Positions 54,201-64,000 of a DNA stretch of 64,000 bases are shown here, piece after piece. The position numbers were made by a program, and so were the translations under genes. Each line of letters starts with the position of its first letter. The stretch's first letter is position 1. The notes under the pieces are model-generated. The model was not told the DNA's origin. It saw nothing but the letters and a program-made list of their open reading frames with translations, and did not search any database. The stretch is from Octopus vulgaris (taxonomy: Eukaryota). The stretch lies in the NCBI GenBank assembly GCA_951406725.2, contig OX597823.1:77996001-78060000 (forward strand), written 5' to 3'.

Positions 54201-54964
54201 GAAAATATATATATGTGTATGCATAAGTGTATATTTTTTATAAATCACCAATCTTTAGAAGCATAGAAGACTAGGTGTAAAACTTTAAAACTATTACAAG
54301 ATGTCTAACTCTTTTTTGTTATATGTTTTAATTTTTTTTAGGGTTTCAAAATGTTTATTTTATGTACTTTGTACAAATGAAATTGAATTTTGCCAGAGAA
54401 TGTAAAAATTAAGACTAGTTTGCATATAACATACACACATCAAGTATTCCATTCAGTGTTTATAGATTTTCCAAACTATTTGTGGTGGTCTTGGTTTTTT
54501 TTTTTAATGATTTTCTTTATGTTAATTTGGTTAATTATAAATATTAATTCTAACAGTCAAATATGTTTTACGCTGTGAGGGAGAAGGGAAGTCTAATGTT
54601 TCAAGTGCTTGTCTTTTTTAAGAGAGAGAGAATAAAGGTCTTATCACTAAGCTGCAAAATTGCAAATGAGATTAAAGCAAAAAAAAATAATGTGAAGAGT
54701 GTGATGCAATAAAGTAGAAGTAGTGAGAGAGTAGGAAAAAAAGAGAAGTTAGTGTGTAATGGTGTGAACAAGGAGGGGGGGTGATGTACTTAGTGTGGGA
54801 GTTATACATTGTGGAAAGTAGTAAAAGAGGTGGGAAAGAGAGGGTATGATTGAGATCCTTGATATTAATTCTTCAAGTGGATTTGTTCTTGGTTTTTAAA
54901 AAACTAAACAACTACTCATTATTTTCTAGTCTCCATTCTTCTTTTCTCTCTTTCTCTATGTGTA

Positions 54965-55001
<37 letters not shown>

Positions 55002-55839
55002 TTATGCATGTATATATATGCACTTTCAGTTCTCGTACATAGTGCACCTGCTCATTGATTTGTTACTGCACCTCCTACCCTCTGCTTCTTCCCTCCTCTC
55101 TATAAACTGCCTCAATTCTCTGCCTTAGTTCTCGTGGTTCCTCACATCACAGTTCCTCACAGCCTTTCAAATTTTTAAATTTATTTCTCCCTTATGAATT
55201 TTTATTAATCTGTTGTTCTCACTACTCCTGCCAGCTTATTCCCACTCTGCCCCTTTTCCTCCCCTGTTGTGTTTATACATGTGGCTAAGATCAGCTATCA
55301 TCCAGGTGCAATTCTTGTGCCCAGGTGTTGTATAGTGCAGCAGGCATACACTCAACTTTACTCTTGTTTCAAGGTCATTCTTTGATGTATTCCATCCACA
55401 AACGTCTTTGGCATCCTCTTGATCCTTCTTCCACATGCCAGGATGATCTTGGACACTGACCTGTGTTGGCCACACTGTATGTGTGGCCATACTAATGCAT
55501 ACACATCCCTTTGTGCCTTGATTCTTTGGTCAGCCTTCTGCTTTATCTCTTAACTCATCCACCTTGCCATCACCATTTCAATTGATATGTGTGGCCATGT
55601 TTCCCCTCATCTTTTCACTGTCTTCCTCATTACTCAACCTCTACACAACTCATACCCTACCCCATACTATTCACACCACTTCATACACTTCATATACTTT
55701 CTCCTCAACTTCCCACACATCACTTGAAATCTCTTCACTACATACCTTTTTTCACCCAGCTTCCATTTCTTTCTGCTTCCTCTGCAGAAAGACAAACATC
55801 CAAAATGTTAGATCTTATCATCTTCCTCATGATATAAAG

Positions 55840-56030
55840 TACCAAATACACTCTATAAATTGGTTGGCATTAGGAAGAGCATCCAGTTGTAGAAACCCAG
55901 CCAGAACAGACTATGGAACCTGCTGTGGCGCCTGGGCTTGCCAGTTCCTGCCAAACCATCCAACCCATGCCAGCATGGAAAACAGATGTTAAATGATGTT
56001 GATGATGATGATGATGATGAGGATGATGAG
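55840..56030 (+). mobile_element. Retroposon family C 3' part with (GAT)n tail
   Basis: ttggcattaggaagagcatccag..ccaacccatgccagcatggaaa..gatgatgat. Confidence 0.85.
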
Positions 56031-56495
56031 GAACAGTTATTACTTTTTACCAATACAGAACATGACTAGTTTCCCCCAGTTCTTCTGTTTTACTATAAAC
56101 ACTGTAGCTTCTCTTGAGAGGGCATTTAAATTCATTAATTTATAAATATAGTTATTTATTTACTGACAGAGATGTAATGTTTTGATCAGATGAAAGTATA
56201 GATTAGGCTATATCACTTCTTCAATCACTAATTTCTTTTGAAATAGCAATATCCCTTGTGTGTCTTATTGCATTTACTTCTCTATGAAAACTCTAAAGTG
56301 TTGATATAAATCATTAGTCATAATTCTTAAACACTACAACTATTATGGTTAAGTTAATAAAATTAACATTGTTAATAAAAGAACCATTAAAGAACTAATT
56401 AAAAATAACTGCAGTAACAAAAGATTTTAAATTATAAAGAAAAAATTAGTCAATGACTAACACTATTTTCATTTTTTCCACCAAGTACAGGAAAT

Positions 56496-56540
56496 ATCAC
56501 AGGACATGTTTCAGTCCTATTGTGACCTCATCAGCATAAC
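56496..56540 (-). ncRNA. Minimal type I hammerhead ribozyme candidate with intact core
   Basis: Minus strand GUUAUG-CUGAUGA-GGUC-ACAAUAG-GACU-GAAAC-AU-GUC-CUGUGAU; stem I weak (G.U pairs and a bulge). Confidence 0.5.
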
Positions 56541-56792
56541 ATATATTATATTTACATCTGCCAAATGGCTTTTACAACTCCATCACTTTACAGCATCATG
56601 TTTCTACTAATACAAAATACCAATTTAGTCAATGATTTTACTTTAGCCATATTGTTCTTTTTCTGTGTTAATTTTAACAGCAAATATTCATCTTGATGTA
56701 GTAATGTGTTACATTTTCCAGAAATTTGTCTGCAAAGATGTTTTTTTTTTTATTGAATTTAATGGCTAATTTTTTTTTCATTTATTTTCCAG

Positions 56793-57000
56793 CTGTTTAT
56801 GATATCGGTGCTGTTGCGCCAGATACGTACTGTGGCTATACAATACGAGGTGAAACCAAGCCTACTGGGTACATAGTATCACCAACATACCCTGGCATTT
56901 ATCCAGACAACTTATTTTGCTACTATAAGCTACAAGGGAAACCAAAACAACGGATTAGATTAAAATTTGAAGATTTCTCACTATTTCACGGTGGAGAGTA
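56793..57000 (+). CDS. sol-1: Internal exon encoding the N-terminal half of a CUB domain; SOL-1 (suppressor of lurcher)-like protein
   Basis: Polypyrimidine tract + ttccAG acceptor (56792), GTGAGT donor (57001); 208 nt, phase 1 to phase 2; VYDIGAVAPDTYCGYTIRGETKPTGYIVSPTYPGIYPDNLFCYYKLQGKPKQRIRLKFEDFSLFHGGE(Y). CUB signature C-G..G.I.SP.YP..YP....C.Y....RI.L.F.DF.L is clear; the SOL-1 assignment is from recalled YDIG..SPTYPG.YP..F.LF.GG similarity and is less certain than the CUB call. Confidence 0.88.
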
Positions 57001-57279
57001 GTGAGTATATAAAACTTTTTAATTCGTTATCTGAATATGATGTAGAAACCTGTGTGTTTAATTGGTGAAATCTTATTGTTTTTTTTTGGTTTTTCTCTTG
57101 TCTTTGATTAACAATACATTATAAAAATATGAAAGGTGAAATACAGATTTTATGTAGCCCCTCTACAGCAAGAAACCTGTTCTGCTCTGACCCCTTCTCT
57201 TATATACTCTTTTACTTGTTTCAGTCATGTGACTGTGGCCATGCTGGGGGGGGGGTCAAACACAAACACACAAACATAT

Positions 57280-57328
<49 letters not shown>

Positions 57329-59240
57329 TATAAATATACGTCTGTGCAGTGCTCAGCAGCTTACACATTCATTTCACGAGCAGACTGTTCTGTTGATCAG
57401 ATCAACTGGAACCCTTTCTATTGTGACCCAAAAAAATCCCATTTTATTATTATTATTTTTATATGCTTGAAAATACAGACACACTTTTGTTCTTTTATTA
57501 CATACACATACATGTATGTGTACACACATACACACATGCATATATACAAGATGGGTAAGATGGATCATGTTGGGAGTATACTTTTGTAACTGTGGGTAAT
57601 GTTATTCAATGTTACATTAAGACGTACAATACAATGTCTGAAATAGAAAGTGTCTCTGTACACATTAAGTGTGTGTGTGCACATGAGAACACATGTGTGT
57701 TTGAGAGAGAGAGAGCATGTGTTTGTATATGCATGCATATATATCTGTGTGGATGTGTGAGTGTGCATTTGAAGGCATACATACATACATACATATGTGT
57801 GTATATATATATATATGCATGTATGAAAGATGCTTATGTCAACAGATTTGCATTTTCCTGATTCTGAAATTGAAGCCAATCTCTGCAAAGTAATCCTTCA
57901 GATTGAATTATTGTAAAGTAGATTTAGTTCTTGATCCAGCTGGGATTTTATATGTAAACTCATCTTCACGCACATGCACAACACGTTCTCATATGTGCTC
58001 ATGCAAACATACCTTCACACACTACTACTACATGCATACATACATGCATGCATTCATGCATGCATATTACGCAAAGACATGCACACAAACAGGGAAATAC
58101 TTTCCAAACTTTGTGAATGTGACTCTGCTGATAAATGAACCTGTAATGTTCAGATCCAGAGGTTGATGTTGATACTGTATTCACTTACAAAACTGCTAGT
58201 TTATCTCTTTAGTGTAGCATGACTTGCTAGAAATAGCAGTTAAAATCTTTTAAATCACATCCAATCGGTTAATACAAGAAAGACACATTTTAAGTAACTC
58301 CAGATGTGTGAAATATAAAAAAAAAAAAAAGGAATTTCTTTGATAGTATGACTGTTCGAATATTAATATAACAATATTAATGTAACATGATAATCTTTGT
58401 GTTCTAGACTTCTCGAGTATATTCTGTGTTTAAATCCATTTTCATGGTGTTAACTTTTTGTTACCATAATCCTAAATCACTAATGCATTAACTGTGATAC
58501 AATCATTTTTTTAAATAATGAAAAATTGAATAAAATAACATTATCATCATTAAGCTGGTGTCTGGAACAAATTAACCCTTTGCGTGGTCTAACCAGTCAG
58601 ATCACACATACCCTGCAGTGCTGTTCTAAAAATTACCATCACCTCATCAAAATTTTGAAGCTACAAAACTATGCATGTTTAATTAAAAACAATTTGAATG
58701 AACAAGATCACATGTGTCAGAATAATCTGAATACTCAAGGGTCAATCTATTGCTCTCACCATCCCTTCTAGCTCATTCCCACTCTGTCCTCTTACTCACC
58801 TGCCATGTTATGTAGTCATCATAAGCTATTAATCAGGTGCCTTCTTGTGTCCAGGGATTGGCTTGTCATAGACAAGCCATTCCTATATCATTGTATATTA
58901 ATCACGAAACAATAAAATTGATGTTTTCTGCTTCAGCAATATCTTTCCATTACCACCTCCAGGTACAGTTTTCATATCCACTGCTAAGATTATTTCATTC
59001 TTGCTCCTTAGATGAAATATGTGAAACAAATTAAGAGAATCTAGAAAATTTTCTTTTGCAAAAAGTGACACTGGAAATGTTTCAGCTTCTCTCTGCATAA
59101 GGAGGGAGATTTTTTTTTAAATCTTTGAATAAAACATCTTTCTGCAGTTAATGGTAATAAAATTTTTAGAAGATATATCCGCTTTCTACGTTCAAAGGGT
59201 TAACATAAAATTTTGAGGGAAGATTTTAGCTTAGACCACT

Positions 59241-59470
59241 TTAACCTTTTTGCTACCGTATTTCTTTTAGGAGGCTCTGTGTTTCTTTTAATTAATTTTA
59301 AATATAACAAAAAATTTAGTAAAATAACTCAGTTATCATTAAGCTAGTGTTAGGAACATGAATTGTGACTAAGGTTTGGTGGAAGATTTTAATTCAAAAC
59401 TTACGAAAACAAGACATTTGTACAACAGAGCCAGAGGGGGTTTCAGGCGGGTTGGTATCAAAAGGGTTAA
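59241..59470. mobile_element. TTAA-bounded piggyBac-type MITE
   Basis: ttaacctttttgctacc ... ggtatcaaaagggttaa; right end repeated at 59512-59531. Confidence 0.72.
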
Positions 59471-60046
59471 AACGGTATTTGTATCACAGAAATGGGAGTG
59501 GTCACAGGTGGATTGGTATCAAAAGGGTTAAACAAGTGAAATATTACCAATCCATCTGTGGCTGTTTCCAGAAGCACTTAGGCTTACATTGGGTATATGT
59601 AGTTGAACAGAAACACAGGAAATAAAAACTGTTGTCCAAATACCCAATAAAATATCTTCGGTTGTTGTGAGCTGATATTCCATTAACACATCCACTTGGC
59701 CAACAGTAATCTGTGCATACATATATACATAGCTTCATGGAGATCCCTGCATAAACACATTATTGCACAAAGACATATACACTCATGTGCATACAACATA
59801 CATGTGCATGATACAGACATTTAATTACACAAACCAGTGAAGGGGTCACTACATTGTTTTTCAATCTTATTTATTCTTCAGTCTAGTACTTATTCTGTCT
59901 CTATCTTTTGCTGAACCACTAAGTTATGGGAATGGAAACAAACTAACACCAGTTCTCAAACAGTGAAGCAATAAACACAACTACACATGCACACAACAAC
60001 ACACATATATAGATATAGCAGGCTTCCCACAGTTTCTTTCTACTAA

Positions 60047-60096
60047 ATATGATTTGAGGGGTGTGTGTGACGTCACACATACCCCTCAAATTATAT
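60047..60096. repeat. 50-bp spacerless palindrome centred on TGACGTCA
   Basis: atatgatttgaggggtgtgtgtgac|gtcacacatacccctcaaattatat, two mismatches. Confidence 0.92.
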
Positions 60097-60169
60097 ACTA
60101 CTATCTTTAAAAAATGGAGTATACACTGTTTATTGTAGTCCTGGATAAAAAGTCTGAAAATAATATCCT

Positions 60170-60683
60170 TTTTACTTTGTTTCTACTTGTTTCAGTTATT
60201 GGACCGTGGCCATGCTGGGGCACCACTTTGAACAAATCTTTTTTAAGTGTGGTGCATTTTCTTTCAGTCTCTTTTCAGCAAACCACTAAGTTACAGGGAC
60301 ATAACCAAACCAACACTGGTTATCAAGATGTGATTGGGGATGAATGCAAAGACACACACCTAGACACATACATATTTGTTTGTGTGTATGTGTGCATGTA
60401 TGTGTGTGTGTACGCGTGTGTGCGCATGTGTGTGTGTGCGTGTTTGTGTGTGTATGTGCATGTGTGTGCATGCGTGTGTATGTGCGTACGTGTGTGTGTG
60501 TGTATGTGTGTGTGTGTGTGTGTACAATATGCATCTTTCAGTTTCTGTCCACCAAATCCACTTACAAGGCTTTGATCAGCCTGCGGCTATAGTTAAAGCC
60601 ACTTGCCAAAGATACTGTGCTGTAGGACTGAACTCAGAACCATGCGATTGGAAAGCAAATCTTTTACTGTTCAGTTATGCCTG
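60170..60683 (-). mobile_element. SINE family A with expanded (TG)-rich centre
   Basis: Family A tail at 60170-60360 and head at 60530-60683. Confidence 0.8.
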
Positions 60684-61546
60684 TAAACATTAACCAGAAA
60701 CTCTACACAAAAGATGTTCTCGCCATGACCATTTTAACTTTTTGTATATCAAGGACCACGTCATCCATTGTATCCTTCTTAGTTTAAGACAATAGCATGT
60801 AATTTGAGGGAGATTCACCTTCTATTTCTAGCATGTTGAAAAAATTTGTAAAGACTTTTTGATGGCACAATATTAAGTCGATTGGTTGTAAAAAGCATAT
60901 ACTTTTTGTTTATAACATAGAACATCATATAACATTGGTTACATATTCTGAGAGGAACAAATTATTCCAGAAACTAAGTTTTTACCCTACAAGGCATATA
61001 ACTCCAGTTAAATGCCGACGTGAGCAGAATTAACAGATACATATTTACAGGCGCATGATGACATACTCAAATCTAAAAACCATTTCTTTGGTGACACTGC
61101 AATAGTCTTCATAATAATAATAACCAATATAAATTGCCTGACAGTTTCATATTACACCATTTAGCTACAACATACCATAATTCAAATTCTTATCAGTTAG
61201 ATTATGGATATGCCAAGAATTCTAAATTTTCAGATTTCTTCTTGATTTGCTGTATATTCACTATCCAATAAGAATATCTATTATATTTATCTACCATTGA
61301 GAATTGTAAATATGGCCGCCAGAGAATAGAAACACGCGCACACACAAAAAAAAAAATGCACTCATACAAAATAAAAATTCCATTAGTATAGATCATTTTT
61401 TTTGGACCATTAAATTTTTTCATTTTTTTTTTTATTTGCTTACATTGAACATGACATTTTGAATAATTATCTTCAGGTGACCCAGAATATACTACAGTTG
61501 GGTTTGAATTCAGAACTCTGTTTTTAATGTAAAGTTTCAAGTAGGT

Positions 61547-61932
61547 ACAGGCATGACTGTGTGCTTAAGAAATCCACTTTACAACCACATGGTTCTTAAG
61601 TTCAGTTCCACTGCATGGCACTTCAGGCAAGTGTCTTCCACTATAGCTCTGATGAACCAACCAATCTCTTGTGAGTCTTGTGTGTGAATTTGGTAGAGAG
61701 AAACTGCGTGAAGCCTACTATGTCTATATACGTGTGTTAGTGTGTGTATGTGTAGTCGTGTTTATTCCTCCACTGTTTGAGAACCGGTGTTGGTTTGTTT
61801 CCATTCCCATAACTTAGTGGTTCAGCAAAAGATAGAGACAGAATAAGTACTAGACTTAAGAATAAATACTGGTGTCAGTTTGCTCAACTAAACCCTTCAA
61901 GGTGGTACTCCAGCATGGCCACACTCCAATGA
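61547..61932 (+). mobile_element. SINE family A
   Basis: Degenerate full-length copy. Confidence 0.8.
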
Positions 61933-63526
61933 TTTATATGGTGATAAAAATATAACAGATGTAGCTAGTATTCGAGAAGACCTGGGCAAGCATAGCAATT
62001 GTGTCTGAATTGCAAGGATACACACACGATTGCTACTCAACTCTACATTGAGCTGTTCTGAATAAATAAAACACACACCTTTCTTTTGACAAGATGTAAC
62101 TCTACTGCCTGTAGTTTTACCAGTTCCACAGTGTTGCCGTTGTTCTTGTTAATGGTGGTGTTTTCGTGGCAAAACATCCTTTACTAAGCAGTTCTAGGAC
62201 CATTATCATTCTAGTTAGAAGCATGTCTTTTTTTGTCTTATTTTCAATATGATAGGATGTGATTTGTGAGGATTTGGTTGGTATTTCTAGCAGATTTAGT
62301 GAACCCATACTTTTTGTTAGCTTGCTATGAAACCATTAGGATTTCGCTGAGATTTCATCATAGATAACTAATTAATCGCCAAACTGTAAGAACCAAATAT
62401 TCTTTTTCTAAAAAGGAGAAAAAAACCCCATGAAAATGCTAGCTATATTTCCTGTTTCACATAACGGTAAACAGTTGCCAAGGAACTAAATCTTTATCTA
62501 TAAACTAACCTTAAGATTATTGTTTTTGTTCTGTTCAACAGCATCTATATTCTTTATATATTCTGTAGATCTTTGATTTATAAAAGATAAGAAAGCTAGA
62601 CACTTTTTATCAATACTCACTTTGTATAGTGCTTGAAGCTTAAGTTTTCTTAAGAAAATCATTCTGTTTAGAATTAAACTTAATACAAGATCTTCTGTGA
62701 TGTTGAATTCCTTTATAGAAACGAAGGTGCAAAATAACATGTTATGGCATTTGCGGTTGTATTGTGGCTATCTGTGGGTGTAGATTTACTGAAATCAATA
62801 TCTGGGAATTAATACTTAACCATGGCGTTGACTTGTGTAGGTGTAATCACTGCTCTCATGGTTACTTATTTAGCTAAGCTCTTCACTCCCTATGGAGCAA
62901 AGGTCATCAACAACTTTCCTTTTCTGTTCTCGACTCTGAACTGTCATTTTCTCTCTCAGGCCTTCTTTATTTTGAGTTATCATCAATGGTTCTGTAACTT
63001 TGTGTTTTTATTATCAGAATAATCTCTCTCTAAGTACAGCAATATATCTTTCAACATGTGATTTCGTATGAAGAATCTTGTGAAACAAATACAAATATGA
63101 AATAATATATGCTTCAACCAAGTTAGCAATAAACTGAGAAATACATTATCTCTTCATAAAGGACTGCATCTTCAATCTATACACGAATTCTATCAATTCA
63201 ACAGGACAACTCTACCTCTCAAATTACCATGTTAAAAATGTACAAGGATCTTTACCTTTTGACGTACAGATTTAAAAATTAATTTTTTTGTAACTAAACA
63301 CTTTCCAATTTCAGATGCTGGTAGAATGTGTCATATAAAGCATGTTTTATTCTTAACATTTTTGAGAAGAACTTATATTTATGAAGTAATTTCACGTTAA
63401 AGTAGGCCTATTTCGATAATTTCTGCCAATCAATGACATGTATTCAGCTGAATAAAATTACTGCCATTGTTTGTCAACAAGAACTTCCAGCAGTGTATTT
63501 TTTTGTTTGTCACTGTTATTCATGAC

Positions 63527-63564
63527 AACCCTAACCCTAAACCTAACACCCTAAAACCTAACCC
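63527..63564. repeat. Degenerate (CCCTAA)n telomere-like tract
   Basis: aaccctaaccctaaacctaacaccctaaaacctaaccc. Confidence 0.7.
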
Positions 63565-63897
63565 TTGTGGTAGACTGCTCTGTTGGTGCTACTCCATATT
63601 TAGAATATGATGGTGGCCAATACTATAAGTATTTCTGTTTCTCTGTTTGATAAAGACTTTGGTGTTTCTAAGTTCAAAACCAGTGAATATCAAGGAAGCC
63701 CCATTCATACTGATTCAGTCAGTAAAGTATGTATCAGTAATATTTTCTATGCAAAATATGAGGCAGGAATAACACTTGATACTGCCAGAATTACATTGCA
63801 AACCAAGTCAATGGGGAAGCCTGTATGTAGTTACCATGCTAGAAATAGCAGCCAAATCTCTCTCAAAACCAATTGTAATAACTTAAAACAGTTGGTA

Positions 63898-64000
63898 AGG
63901 TGGTGAGCTGGCAATATCATTAGCATGCCAGGCAAAATGTTTAATGACATTTCATCCATCTTTATGTTCTGAGGTTCTGAGTTCAAATTCCACCAAGGTC
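63898..64000 (+). mobile_element. SINE family B, cut by window end
   Basis: aggtggtgagctggca..ttctgagttcaaattccaccaaggtc. Confidence 0.85.

Noticed and set aside
56726-56792. N-terminal part of the ORF-track CUB ORF, and its stop at 57001
   Set aside because: The upstream part is the polypyrimidine tract before the AG acceptor; the TAG spans the splice donor.
63607-63906. 99-aa ORF as possible next exon of the CUB gene
   Set aside because: Lacks the expected CUB continuation and runs into repeats.

Overview
AT-rich, microsatellite- and transposon-dense eukaryotic DNA. The SINE families and (TA)n/(CA)n/(AAT)n density suggest a cephalopod, probably Octopus (inference from remembered repeat motifs, no search run). 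Only one protein-coding exon is well supported: a 208-nt + strand CUB-domain exon at 56793-57000 resembling SOL-1-type glutamate-receptor auxiliary proteins, so most of the window is probably intron. The rest is a layered TE record: several tRNA-derived SINE families (some with clear TSDs), a decayed APE+RT LINE split by younger insertions, two R4/Dong-like fragments in (TAA)n, a DD37D (maT) transposon remnant, mariner/hAT/piggyBac-type MITEs and two non-autonomous Helitrons. The most notable observations are four hammerhead-ribozyme-like motifs (three in (TA)n-associated Penelope-like modules, one with an intact core antisense just upstream of the exon), a perfect 117-bp-arm palindrome, and several other fold-backs. 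Repeat boundaries were placed by eye and are approximate unless TSDs or TIRs are quoted.
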